Source: Callorhinchus milii
Taxonomy: Eukaryota
Reading direction: 5' to 3'
NCBI RefSeq assembly: GCF_018977255.1
Contig: NW_024704742.1
Location: forward strand, 84,198,001 to 84,262,000
DNA length: 64,000 bases
The translations under genes and the position numbers were made by a program. Shown here piece by piece: positions 13,201-27,032 of the stretch. Position 1 is the stretch's first letter. Each line of letters starts with the position of its first letter. Below the pieces are notes generated by a model. The model saw nothing but the letters and a program-made list of their open reading frames with translations. It ran no database searches and was not told the DNA's origin.

Positions 13201-14373
13201 CCTATTGAATGAAGGGCATGGAGGAGATCAAGGTTTAGTGATTCAGCCATTAAAAAGGGAAGGTTGTGTGCCCTAGATGTGTGCTGTATCAAGCAATATA
13301 GAGCTAAGAATGCATTCTGAATGGAGGACTGTCAGCTTGGATTGTAAGTTCCAAGGCCCTGAATATATATCCAAGTTAACAGTAAATTCATAGTGCACTG
13401 TTTCAATGGGACTTATCCCAATATGAAAGGCGTTTTTAGCTGGTTAGACTCCAGAGGTATTCCATTGCATATTCTGAGGTCCCCAAGGTTTGGCTCTTGC
13501 CAATCTGCGCCTATTATTCTCCAGAATTAGGTAAGCAGGATGTGTCCCTCCAGGGAGACTGTGCACATTCCATTACAACAACCTGTCTCTGGAATTACCA
13601 TATGTAGAAATAATAATCCTTGCATTTCTATTATAATAATAATAATCCTTGCATTTGATATAGCGCTCTTCACGTCGGGAGGACGTCCCAAAGCGCTTCA
13701 CATAACACACTGTAAAGTGAATTGACTGTATATTTTGTGGGCGAAATTCGGCAGCCAATTGCACACAGCAATGTCCCACAAACAGTGATAGATTGAGTGA
13801 CCAAATGACTAGATGGGATGCATGGAATTCTCAGTTTGGTTTGGATACTCTTAAGCCTAGTGGTGGGTTTCCGCATGTGTCAGACAACCGGAGTTTTTTT
13901 TTAAACACCCCAAAAATTGAGGGAAGTGCTTTTAAATGAAACAAAAAAGAAATACTGTTGCATTTAAGTATGGCTGATTGAGAATATAATCCAGCTGAAC
14001 TACCTACAAAATACACAGTTACTATACACATTAAATCCTGACATGAAAGGTGTCATATCAAATGTAAGGACTATTGTTAGTACTTTAAAGATTATACTGC
14101 AACATGATGCCTCAAAGTGTGTTATAGTAATAACACATCCATCACCTAGCAGTTGCCAGTAGACATTTCGTCCCTGGAAATGTCACGGCTATGCTGCAAC
14201 ACAAAACTGTCCTTACTTTTAAAAGATCTATTCTGGGCGTGGTTGAGATGGAGGTTTAAAAATTATGTTTATCTTTGGGGATTTACAATAATCTGACCCA
14301 GGATAACATGGCATGACAATACTCTGCCAAATCGGAAGCTTATTCATTCCATCCCCGATCATGTAATTTTTTT

Positions 14374-14600
14374 AGTCCTGTAGCTTAGTTGTTGGAGTAC
14401 TTGCAAGCAAGAGGACCCGGGTTCGATTCCCAGGCAGGGCGAAACCTTAGACAAGTTTCCGTACTCCACACGCCTGTTTACCTAGCAGTAAGTAGGAACT
14501 CAGTTGTTAGTTGATTGGCGGATCGCATTTCTGGGGGTAATAATCTCTTCAAAAAAAATTATTTATAACTCAATGTTTGTGGGATATTGCTCTGCCCACT
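14374..14600 (+). mobile_element. tRNA-derived SINE family A, 3'-truncated (long form)
   Basis: agtcctgtagcttagtt head, gggttcgattccc B box, shared body. Confidence 0.8.
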
Positions 14601-14899
14601 TGTCTGCCAGAGGGACATTTCCAGGAGGGAAAAAAACGCACTGCTCCTGGACAAAGGAAGTGAGAAAGAAGAGTGACAGAGTCATTTTTATCACAAAAAA
14701 TGCCCCATGTATGATATGTGCTTTACTTATTTAGTTCATTATATTAAATAAATATTTGAAAAAAAATTGCAAAACACTTTTTCATCAAGGCAATGACCTA
14801 GTAGGATTTTTAATCATAAGGTGACATGAAGTTTGGATGAAGAAGGCAACCAGTCCATTGTATTCCCTCCCTCGCTCGCTCGCTCCCTGCCTCTCTTGC

Positions 14900-15350
14900 T
14901 CACTCCCAGTATATCACCAAGCCTATTTCTTCAATTGGCATAATGACCTTAACCCCCTTCCCAGTAACCAGTTCCAGTCATTGATTGCCCTCTGGTTAGG
15001 GTGTGTCCTGAAATTGTTCTTTGCAACTCTGACCCTGTGCCCAATTGTCTTGTTGCTCTGGTGCATTTGGAAGTATTGTTCTGGTTTTGCTATCTCAATC
15101 CCTTTTTAGCATCTTATATAACGCCATAAAGTCTCCTCTAAGACTTCTCTTTTCAAGGTTGAAGAGTCTGAACTTATCAAATCATTTTTCATAGTTCACA
15201 GTTAACATGGTGATGGGGCGGTGGGGGGAGGTGGGCAGTTTTGTTGCTCTCCTCTGTTCATCCTGTAAAGCTCAGGTTTGGTCTATTGTGTGACACAGTT
15301 TTTACTAGAACATCCCGATATAGTATAACTAATGCACCATCCAGCGCAAA
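14900..15350 (-). mobile_element. Decayed CR1-type LINE 3' region
   Basis: Resembles the CR1 ORF2 C-terminus (L.LF.LEKRSLRGDF, ...QR.I..WN.L). Confidence 0.5.
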
Positions 15351-17188
15351 TAGCTCAAGCACATTTTAGGTGCAATGATCAAAGATCTCACTGCTAAAGC
15401 ACATAGCAATTCTTTCAATTTCTAATATTACCTTTGGTATTTGTAGAAACCTGCCTGGCCTTGCAATTCTCCATGCAGTGAATTTCCTGTGTTAGATGTG
15501 CCATTGGGGAAACACCAGGGTGAGGAAAGCAGGGGTTTACTTACAGGGAGCAACAAACAAATCAGGTCAGGTCATAATCAGGTCAGGTCATTTGGAGATG
15601 CTCTGTGCATCTTCGAGAAGCAATTTAAATTTCCCACTTTATGGCTCCCTGTTTTCCCATTTGGCGATCCTTCAGAGCATTCACTTAAACCCCCGATGAC
15701 TTAGGGTTAGGGTTAACTGTGCAAGATTTAAGATTTAAGGTGTGCAGAACATGAAGCATGAAACATTGAGTAACTAAAACCACCCTAAAGGATGGTACTA
15801 GTTACAATAATAAACATGAAAGCACCAGGCTCCAAATGACTTGTTTGTGAGGACAAATAATAAAATGTAGTAAACACACTGACAATGAGTTGGTCATTGT
15901 AGGACCTCACACTTGAATAAGACCAAATTCTAAAAGTCAGGCGATCAAGAATTAATGTTGCAAAGAAACGGAGTTAGAAAACTACTTATCGATACACAAT
16001 AACACCTAGTGCAGCTTTCTATCTCTCACATCACAATCTAGTTTATCTCTCCAAAACTCAATTCAACAAAATTCCTTTTTTTATTACAGATAGGAAAGAG
16101 CAAAAAAAAACACTGAACCATTGGGTTTGGAGAATTCCCCCCACTCCACCTGCCACACAATAAACACTTACACATCTCTCTCGGTTCTGGACCCTCGCTC
16201 CCCTCCAAGTGGAGGTGAAAATTATTAATGATAATAATGATAATTATAATCCTTGCATTTGATCTAGTACTTTTCATGTCAGTAGGATGTCTCAAAGGGC
16301 TTCACGGGAGCTACAGTAAAGTGTAGTGACTGTGTATTTTATAGACAAACGCAGCAGCCCGTTTGCGTACAGCAATGTCTGAGAGAAACATCCCCAAAGC
16401 ATGTTCAATTTGTGGAAAAAACATGTGCCTGGAAAATTCCTCCCTGATTCCTGGCTCTGAAGGAATGAGTACCGACCACAAGAGCAAAGGTCAATATCCT
16501 CTTTTCCGTACCTCACTGGTTTTGATATCATATGGCAATATGGCTCCCAATCTGGTAATCGTGATCCTCTCTTTCCTAGGAAATCTCAATAGATTTCTCT
16601 TGAAATTAAATTTAAGTGATAGTGACGAGTGTTTGGTAGGCAAGGCATGTATTTCTGTCCACCTGAAGACCCACATTACGATAGTCTACAGTAATGATGC
16701 ATTGTAGGCAGAATGTTATTTTGCATTCTTTCATTTAGCGGTGAACAGGGCACATCAAGAGCAAGGGCTGAGCCCACTCTGATTGCAAGAGGCATTACTT
16801 TTGCTGATACCTTTTCTGGGTATTATTAGCAAAAGAGCAACAGGAAGAATTTCTGTTTAAATGAGAGCAGTTCAAACCCTGACTCCAGCCCCTGCATGCT
16901 CCCTGAATCAGCAGAGTAGACAGAAAAACAGATGCTACTTCACATAAACACTGGGAACCGCAGCGGCTTTCAAAATATCTGGTGTAAATACACTGAATGA
17001 CTTGAGGAATGTATAGTGCAACACATAGATTCACACTGGCATAGATTCCAAATCTCTGAGGTTCATTAGTTTTTGGGCAATTATTAGAGATAAACTGTGA
17101 GTTTCTTTTGATAATGCTGTACCGTATATCTCTGTTTTTTAGTCACTCACGTCATCCCCAAGGCTTGTGTTAAGAAAGCAGTAATTAC

Positions 17189-17337
17189 CTAGCAATTTGA
17201 CAATGTTTGGGTGGTCAAACTCTGCCATTAGGGCTGCTTCTCTCTGGAAGTCTGCCTGCATGTCTGGCGAGGCTTCCTCTTTCAGCATCTTGACTGCCAC
17301 CATGGTGTAGGGTTCATAATGCAGAAGCTGAGGAGCC
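17189..17337 (-). CDS. MUSK: MuSK exon, kinase subdomains II-IV (149 nt, phase 2-1)
   Basis: tttcctttcag acceptor and CTAG|gtaatt donor. Encodes [49 protein letters not shown](G). Not in the supplied ORF track. Confidence 0.96.
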
Positions 17338-18411
17338 CTGAAAGGAAACCAGAAACATTATTGCAATGGGGGAAATTCTTCTGCACATTCCTCCAATGGC
17401 ACTTCAGAAAACCAGGGTGATTAGAGTCAAATCACAATAATGGGGTAAGGTCTGTGGCATTTGATGGCTTTAGCTAAGGAATTTTAACCATAAGCTTTAC
17501 CCCATCTATTCCTGACATATGCACTTCTCTTACTGTATATTTCATTGGGAGGTGAATTATTTTTTTGATTTCCTACCACCTTATCTTGCCAATAAATATA
17601 AAATGCTGCTATTATAAACAAACCCACTGGATGTTTATACAGCAAAGGTCATGCAAAGCTTCTTTTCAGTGGGGAACAACCTCCTTCATTGAAGATAGTT
17701 AAAATTTATAGCCCTGTTTGACAGGTTGTGGAGAGAAACCTCCCTAGCTCCTGACTGGAGAAATTCCACCTGGTTCTGAGCTTTTTCCTTGCATTTTAAA
17801 CCAAAACAAATTTTGGACATTTCCTAAATTTAATCTTAAGTTTGAGCATGGTTTCTGTAGGTTCCTCTTTTAAAGAACTATAGAAAATTGGCTTCAAAGT
17901 TAAGCCTTGACTTAAGATTTTTTTTACAATATTTGCATGCTCTAAACATGCTAAGAAAAAGTCTTAGGCTAGATTCAGGTGGAATTTCTTCACCCCTGGA
18001 ATATACTTATCCAAACTTGTGATGATTGCATTTGGGGAATGCCTGCAACATTCAGGAGAACTGATCAGTATCTCAGGCTTCAAGATCATGACAAGACCAC
18101 TACCAGAAGAGGAGTTAGACCCCTGTACTTAAGACGGGAGCACAAGAATTACTCTGGCTGCACTTCTGCATTCTGTATCAATCCAAAAAGTCTTCATTTA
18201 ATTGGCAAGCTGCGGTTGACTTTAAGCATTCTTTCTTCAATTATGGCAAGTCAAAGATTGAGTCACCTCACCATGTTCAGTTAGCACAGGTTCTCTCCAT
18301 CTTGTTAGCTGTTTCAAAGGGTTGGCACAGGCATAATGGGCCAAATGACCTCCTTCTGTGCAGTAGGATTTTATAGGATTCTATGAAACTTGATGCAACA
18401 CATCTCTGGCA

Positions 18412-18745
18412 TTGTTCTCAGCCTCTCAGCCCCCAGGCTCTGGAACTCCATCCCCCAGTGCCTTTGCCTTGCTTCCTCCCTTTCCTCCTTCAAGGCCGGT
18501 CTCAAAACCTTTCTCTTTGACCGTGCCTTCAGCTCCCCTCTCGACTCTCTTCCCCCTCCTCGCTCCCTCCCTTCCCTCCCCTCACCCTGACCATTTCCCC
18601 CTCCTCGCTCCCTCCCTTCCCTCCCCTCACCCTGACCATTTCCCCCCTGCTCGGGTCATGACCCAACTGTGCAGCGCCTTGGGACGTCCTCCTGACGTGA
18701 AAGGCGCTTTATAAATGGAATCTTGTTGTTGTTGTTGTTGTTGTT
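18412..18745 (+). mobile_element. Young L2-type 3' fragment with a perfect 45-bp tandem duplication (18550-18639)
   Basis: Closely similar to 27214-27593 and 523-592. Tail gcgctttataaatggaatc(ttg)n. Confidence 0.88.
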
Positions 18746-20309
18746 CAGCAGCATAATATTGAAGCATTTGGTCTGAACCCAAAAAGTGAACTGCAAGTCC
18801 TTGTTAATAATATTATGCCTATCTTGACTTAGCTTTGTATATACAAAGGGAGGTTCACGGATATAAACTCTAAGAAAAGCTTGCATTTCCTTTCTTATTC
18901 TGAAGATATGGAGAATGGAGGCATGTAGCTGTCTCCTGTACTTCTGGCCTTTTTTAATAGAGTTCGAATGTAGTATGATCTTCATTTGATAAGCTAGGCT
19001 GGTTAGAACACAAATCAAGTTATGAGAAGGCTCTTGGCTTCCCTTTGGCACCCCAGTTGCAATAATATCCTTACATTTGATATAGAGACTTATCATGTTG
19101 TCAAAATATCTCTAAACACTCCACTGGATTTTACTGTAAAGTGTAGTGACTTTATTTGTAGGCGAATACAGCAGCTAGTTTGTGCATGGCAATATCTCAC
19201 AAACAGCCATGAAGTGAATGCCAAATTTTATCTGGAGGATTGTTGTCCAGTTTAGTCGGAGAAACTTTCTTCTTGTTTTAAATAATGTCATGGGATCTTA
19301 ACTTGAACAGACAGACAAGACCTTGGTTTAATGTCTCATCTGAAGGATGCTACTTCTGACAATGTATTGCCCGCCCCAACATTGCCTTGACTATGAGTTC
19401 AATTGCTTTATCAAGATATATCAACCCCTTGGACTTCTGAACAAATTAATTTTATTTGCATTTCCAGGTTTTGCTGCAAAAAAAAAACATCTGTGACAAT
19501 TGAAAAGTAATAATACATTAAAATAGATATTACCAATGGTCTATTATTGTTGTCCCATAAAAGACTGAGATCCATTTGGTCTTTGTAGCTTCCAGCTACA
19601 AGACTAATCCTCTTGTATTCCACTGTAAATTTAAATGAATTTCTTGAGGTAAATATTAGACATTAGCCAATTTCCTAACTTCCTTGTTGAGTGCACATTC
19701 ATTGGGCACAACTTCACCCTACACCAATTTCCCCTAACTCTATTCAGACTTTGTAAATGCTCCTTCATACTTCATGATTTGAAATTTGACAAGATATTCT
19801 TTCTTTTTACTTTTCTTTTCCAAAATTGTTTTTCTTTGTTTACAGATCAGTGTAGATGGTTTGGCTTGGCCTCTCTCTATGCCTCCATGTTGAGAGGCAT
19901 CTAATGTCCTTAGTTTGTTAGTCTTTTTCTAAAACAGAAGCTTGCTCCATCAAGCTTGTTCCATATATTCCCCAAACCTTCCTCTTTAAGCAGAGTTTCT
20001 CCAAAAGTTCAGCCATACGAAAATACTAGCTCTGTATTCAGTCGCCTTCATTCTGCATAATATTGGCAGCCTGTCAGTTTCATGTCTAGACAACCTTAGC
20101 CAATAATTCAAGAGGTGGTGTTTTACTTTAGAGCTGACTGAGGTCACGTAGTTTGTGCTGTAATACTGGAGGCAAAGCCTTATGGTATGGAGGGCCAGAA
20201 CTCTTCATAAAAACATGTTCTGGATTTTCTCAGTTTGGGAGCAAATACTTCACATTTCAGTCTGCACAAAGTGCTGTGTTTTACTCAGATATACATTCAG
20301 ATATACTAA

Positions 20310-20708
20310 TTCAAGATCCTCGTCCTCACTTTCAAGGCCATCCATGGACTTGCCCCTCCTACCTCTCTGACCTGCTGACTCCCTACGTTCAGCGGGCTCC
20401 GGCCTGCTCCACGTCTACCGCCCGACCCGCCCTACCATCGGTGGCCGGGCTTTCAGCCTCTTTGCCCCCACACTCTGGAACTCCATCCCACAGTCCCTTC
20501 GCCTCGCTTCCTCCCTTGCCTCTTTCAAGGCCCGCCTCAAGACCCTCCTCTTCGATCGTGCCTTCAGTTGCCCTCCCATCTCTCTGCTTTCCCTCAGCCC
20601 TACCCCACCCATTCCCCATGCTCGGGTCCTGACCCCTTACTGTCCAGCGCTTTGGGACATCCTCCCGACATGAAGGGCACTCTATAAATGTAATTTTATT
20701 GCTGTTGT
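20310..20708 (+). mobile_element. L2 LINE 3' fragment
   Basis: PSYLSDLLTPY motif, C-rich 3' UTR and conserved tail. Confidence 0.85.
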
Positions 20709-20919
20709 ACATTTAAAGAAGCTCCTGCTGCTCTTCAGTACTTTCTCCCAAACCTAAGGGCTCCTCTGATAGCATTGCAATGTTCTTTTTTATTTCTTAG
20801 ATATTCATGTGAGTTTTAGGAGTGGGTATGATGGAAAGAATTGACTCCAATCCTGCTTTTCCGCAAAAAATATATTCTTTTTTGACTGATAATTTTGAGC
20901 TGCAAAGTATCATAACCCC

Positions 20920-21160
20920 ATTCTTCGGAACTCCATCACACAGTCCCTCCGCCTCGTCCCCTCCCTTGCCTCTTTCAAGGCTTTTCTCAAGACCCTCCTC
21001 TTCGACTGCACTTTCTGTCACTCTCCTATCCCTATTCTCCTTGCCCTCCACCCCTCCTGATCTCATGCTCTAACTCAACTCCAAATCTCTGATGTCCAGG
21101 GACTTGGGAAATCTTCCCGACGTAAAAGGCACCATACACTTCATGTGTATTGTTGCTATT
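20920..21160 (+). mobile_element. L2 LINE 3' fragment
   Basis: ggaactccatcacacagtccc...caagaccctcctcttcgac segment shared with the other copies. Confidence 0.75.
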
Positions 21161-23323
21161 TTTGTTATGTTTAGCATCCAATTTTCATCTGCTACCAATA
21201 CACTAATAGAGGTTGTTGGGGCAGCCAGGGGAACTCCCTTCTCCTTTTGAATAGAGTGACAAGAGATCTTTAATGTCCATCTGAACAGGCAGATGTGACT
21301 TCAGTTGAATGCCCCACTTCTGCCAATGCTCACCCAGCTAACACTCTGTGTGTGTGGGGCTGGGGAGAGTGCAGTCTTGTTGCATGCATCTACCCCTCTG
21401 CTAGCTATGTGATGGAGGGTCAACTTTAAGTGTGAGTTCAAGTCCCGACCATGAGGCTTGAACCCACAGCATTCTGAAGCAGAGGCAAGAGTGTAACCAA
21501 CTGAGCCAAGCTGACGTTCATCATCTGCACAGATGAAGAGCATGCGTGACTCACAAATCCTCCATCCTGTGTGGATGGAAATAAGTATTACAGAGCCAGG
21601 AGGTCAGGAAAAAGCCCTGTCTCACAGCTGAAGATCCAGAACAACTGTTCAACTCTCTTCCATTTTTATCTAATCTGCTTCCTGTTGAGGTGTCAGTGAA
21701 CAAATTGAAATTTCCTAAATCTTGGAGCCAAATCATTCTTTGAGCCAGAGTGACTTCCGGCTTACTTCGGCAATAACGAGCCAATGGATTGATGAATTCA
21801 GGATAAAGTTTAAATTTTATGTTCCTGCATTTTTATTGACCATAATTTATTGTGTACTAGCCCCCGCTAAACTCCGCCAGTTCCCTGCTGCTGGACTGAT
21901 GTGTGGATTAAGTAAGTAACCAGGTCACCCGAATGACTTAGACAGAAGATGGTGAGAATTAAACATCACCACAATGTTTGGAAGGCTAATTACTCTATAG
22001 GATTCCTAGCTATTTCTGTTGCATGATTTATAGATGGGGATATGTTAACCTTTCACCCAGTGGTAAATGCATGTGCTTCATTTGTAGAGTTGCATACTCT
22101 CACTGTAATTGAACCTTCTCAGTTCTCCATTGCGATCCCACCGTGACCTGGTGCTTTCCTGTTTCTGTTTTTGAATCCCATCTTTTATTTCTTTTTGTGA
22201 AGGAAGCATCCCAATTTTCTCACCCTCTCTATTCCCTCACCACTATTAACATCAGAACAAACTAACAGCTCATCATCAATCTCATTCTGCCAACACTAGA
22301 TCTTGTTTTACCCATAAGAGGACTGTTCCATTCCACTTCTATGGACTCTGTTATACATCCTGCCACTTTTTTCTCTGATGTCACTGACCCCTCTGATAAA
22401 TGGTGTCAGAATTTCATTTATTTTGCTGATATTGTATTTTTAATCTCACTATCCCCAGATGCCAAACTATTCATTTTTTTCTCTATGTATAAGAGTGAAG
22501 CACTTTTAATTGTGTGAATCATTATCATTTTGAAGTGAAGAGCTTCTTGTTTGTTTCTTTTTAATTTAACATTCTTCATATTAAGTGTTAAGTAAGTTTA
22601 TCTTCCCCATCAAACTTTTGACATCAATAATTCTGGCCTTGTGGGATTCCTCCTGCTTCAACCTATCATTAATAACAATTCTGATCTCAAACTATTGTAC
22701 TCAAGGACTCTCGCTTTAATATTTCTGTCAACTTCTTCAAAGCAGTAATATTCCACCTGATTACGTAAAATGACTCTGAACTGTCTGGTTTTCCAAACCA
22801 CCAACTATTTTTTTCAGCTTCTTCAAGGAAATATCTTTGTTTTATATCATATTTGATATTTTTACAAAGAAATGTTTTTTTTTGGTCAGCCAGATGTCTG
22901 ACACATGGGGAAACTTATCACCATGCTTAAGAATATCCAAACCAGATTGAGAATTCTGAATGTGTTTGTTGCCTACACATGGAAATTTTCCCATGTTTGG
23001 AATGGAATATGGACTTTCTCCCTGGAGGATCGCACCCTGTTTACCTAATTCTGGAGAATATTGAGTCATGTGTATAAACGGTACCTACACAAAGGGCAAT
23101 CATTGTTCATCTTAGGTCAACAACTACAACATGGACCAGGCATGGAAGCAAGGAACATTCAAGGATATCCAACTGTGTTTCACATTAGTCAATGGGTTTC
23201 AACTGAGCCATTAGGGGGGTGGGGGGTAACTGTGTGTTGTGTTGTTCATTGTGATTATGCATATATATATACATATATATATCTGTATGACATTTCAACA
23301 GGCTTAGCAATTTTTTGTCTTGA

Positions 23324-23627
23324 AATAATAATAATAATCCTTGCATTTGATATAGCACTTTTCACGTCTTCAAGACATCTCAAAGCGCTTCACAGAATAT
23401 ACTGGAAAGTGAATTGACTGTATATTTTGTGGGCGAAACGCAGCAGCCAATTGTGCACAGCAGTCGTGGATTGAAGTGACCAATTTTATTATTGTTTTTT
23501 TTTCTTGAGGGATTATTATCAGGTGTGTGGAGTAAGGAAACTTGCCCAATGTGTTGCCCTGCCAGGAATCAAACCCAGGTCTCTCGCTTGCAAGGCGAGT
23601 GCTCTAATTCCTGAGCTACAAGACTCC
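23324..23627 (-). mobile_element. tRNA-derived Deu-type SINE family A, near full length (short form)
   Basis: tRNA head, ctgtgcacaattggctgc core, L2-like 3' end and (ATT)n tail. Confidence 0.88.
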
Positions 23628-24499
23628 TATTATTATAAATTAGTATAAACTAAGAATATACATAATGTAGCGCAAAGTCTGATTTGTTTCCTCAAGCATT
23701 TCTAATGTTAAAGGTTACTTTATCTGAACCAAATTACAACGCACTCGATGTGCATGTTAATTTATGTGCAGATCCATGAAGTAAATCTAATCTTATGTGA
23801 TGTAAGTGCATTGTCACAATAACACAAGCCAAATGTTGACCTCAGCCAGGGCAGGATGTTGGCGATTGTGGCTGCTGAAATACCATTAATATTTTATCAT
23901 TGACCTGCCGATCATTAGTTATGCCATTCTGAATCAGTCCTGGTGGTTTCAGAAAAGACTAATGTTTCTTGGAAGGTTTAAGTATCTTTTCCTTTTGGTT
24001 TATGTTTCCATATGGAACAAGTCAGGAAATGTGAACTTTGGAACTGGTGCAGAATGATACAAACCAGAAGGCAGAGAGCTAGAATCCCAGCAGAGGACAT
24101 CGGGATTAGAAGTCTGAACCGCATCGTTATTGGGTTTTCTTCAAATTGTTTTAAGTCAGTACGAATATAAATCAACGTAAACTAAGAATACAGATGCATG
24201 GTATATGAAGACATGATTTTTTTCTTTATAAAATGAAAACCAGCAGATGGCTGAGGCTCTCTGTAATGTATAATTTTATGTCACCGGTGGGCAGTGATTA
24301 CCAGAACTGTCAGACAGCTGTGGGCAGGCAATTCCGAGCCACTGTGTGGAGTTGGGTTAAGTATCCCAGCACAGCACCTCTATATTTGCCCTACACATTT
24401 AGAAGTTATTTGCACAATACCTTAGGTGTTAAATGTTTCTAACATCTCCAGGAAACATAAAACAAACACATTGTTATTTAGGGTTGACAGTTTTTCCCG

Positions 24500-25050
24500 A
24501 GCCAGTGATCACATGTAGTATTCCTCAGGTCCCTATCCTCAGTCCTCTTTACCTCATCTACATGCTCCTCTTGTTAACATCTGCAGATATGGGGGTTTAC
24601 TTCCATATGTACACAGATGACATCTAACTCCATTCATCTGCCTCTACCCTCAACCTCAGGACAGCGCTGTTCTGACAGGCATCAAGACATCAAGTCCTGG
24701 ATGAGTCTTAACTTTCTCAACTAAATGTCGACCAAAACCGAGACTATCCTGCTCGGCTTTCACCAGTCCTCACCCCGGCGCTAACCATATCAACTCCCCC
24801 AGCTGTTCACACCAACTCATGGATCTTGGTGTTTTGTTTGACCATGAACTCTCCTTTAAGCCATTTGTTGGGTGCCTGACCAAATCCCAACCTCAGCCCC
24901 AAAGCAGCCCAAACCCAATGTGCTCCACAGCTTTACCCTCCACAGATCATCCAGAAGGCAGAGAGCCTCTGTAAATCACATTCCGCCTCTGTATATCTTT
25001 GAGGTGTTTTTCTATATGTAATGCACTATACAAGTACAAGTTGCTTTGTT
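24500..25050 (+). mobile_element. Decayed L2 LINE RT fragment
   Basis: IPQ..ILSP..YLIYM...FHMYTDD remnant and an L2-type tail near 25020-25050. Confidence 0.7.
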
Positions 25051-27032
25051 TAAGAAAGGGGCAGAATAAGTGCAGAGCTGGGAAGGGAGAAGATGAGAGA
25101 TGTGTTCATAGATTTATTTATGGGATTTGTATTTGTGATGATTAAAATATATTGAGAATCTTAAATGTTAATGGTTGCAATTTGAGAAGGAAATAACTGG
25201 AAACGGTGGGTAAAACTTGCTATTCACAATAATTAACATGTTAATTTATGCCAGTATTGTTTATTTAACACTGCAAATTTAACTCTGTTTGAGTATTTTT
25301 ACTTAAAAAACGGATTTCAAAGTTTATTATTATTCTCATTGACTTAAAATAGAGAGAATTCAGTACTTGATGTTTTATCCTTAAACGCTCGGAGACATTA
25401 TACTACATGAAAGGCGCTCTGTAAATGCAAGTTGTTGTTGATGTTATTTCCTTATTGAAATTACCAGATTCTTTCACCTAAAGCTGAACAGGTGGCACTT
25501 TTTACAGAGTGAGCAGAACTGAACCATCACATGCCACAATGTGCTGTGGCAAAATGTGTTGAATTGTACCCAAGGACTCAAAAGAGAGCACTGGAGTGAA
25601 AAATAGCAGCTATTCAGAAAGCTTAATAGTCAACAGTTAAGGATTTCCTGTGCTTGAAATGGGATCCACAGCTTCTACAGGAGTAGATAAGGAACAGATC
25701 ACAGTTTCTAATTTCTAGGGTAAGTTATAAATAAGTTAATTGGCAGAAATGTTCATCTCTGCTGACGGATATATCAGCAAGGATGGTTCTCACCGTAACA
25801 GTATGTACTGTATACAACACTGCTGGGTATTCTGAGGGCTGAATGCTGTATCTGACACAGTACCTCATGGGCTTTGAACAGGTCCACTAGCATCAGTAAC
25901 AAGAATAACAATGTTGTCCTCAGCGTCTTGGGATATCCTCCTGACATGAAAGGCGCAATACAAATGTAATTTGTTGTTGTCGTCTTCAGTCATTGTGCCC
26001 CCAACTTCTGGAACTTTGCCTTTAACCCTCCATCTCACCCCCTCTCTATCCATATAATATTAATCCTTTCATAATCCTTATGTTGTCGAGACATTTCAAA
26101 GCACTTCACATGACATACTGTAAAGTGGAGTGATTCTATCTTGTGGGCAAAATGCGGCAGCCAATTTGCGCACAGCAAAGTCCCACAAACTACCATGGAG
26201 TGGGTGACCAATTTTATTTGAGGGAATTGAGGGAATTCCCTTCTCTTTAAGAAACATGCCATGGGAGCTTTATTGTCCACCTGAACAGGCAGACAGGATC
26301 TTGGTTTACCGTCTTGTCTGAAGACGGATCCTCTAATCTATACTCTAATCCCACTTTAAAACCTACTGCTTTGACCATGTTATTGTTATCTTTCCCCTTC
26401 CCTTTCTTCCTAACCTGTCGTCCAACCCCTACGAAGCATTCCAAGACATTATCCTACGTGAAGGCACTATACAATGCAAGTTGTTGTTGATGTCTGCATT
26501 GTGAAACAAATCTTTTAATTCATTTCTGTAGGAATAAAATCAGTGCTGGTTACCACACAAATAGTTAGCAGTGATACTTGAAGCAGAGGAAGTTAATTTT
26601 CAGCTTTAATCCACTTATAGGGTTGATATCATTTAAAAATGTGGGAAATAGAAAGTTTTATTTGGAGTAGCAGTGGCACTAGAGCTAGACATGTGATAGT
26701 ATAAGAGAGCACATTCGCACACAATCAGTAGAAAGTGAACGTATGGAGGAGTTACAACACTCATTGGGCTGTTGATGGCTATTCCTTCTGCTTTGGAAAC
26801 AGTGACACACTGTGATCACTATCTGCTGTATTGTTATAGGAGGGAGCCAGTTTCACCCTTTCTATAATGGAGCAGATGTTCTTCCATGATGTACTGAGTC
26901 CTGATCAGACAAATAGACTCAGAAGGAGCTTTGGGAATTGTAGTCTGGAGTGAAAGTTGCGGTGAATCTTAACTCCTTCCTTATGTTAAGAAGCTCCACT
27001 AATTTTACTCCATTTTTATTGAGTAGTGAGGT

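Noticed and set aside
15701..15715. ttagggttagggtta telomere-like motif
   Set aside because: Only 2.5 units, too short to call an interstitial telomeric site.
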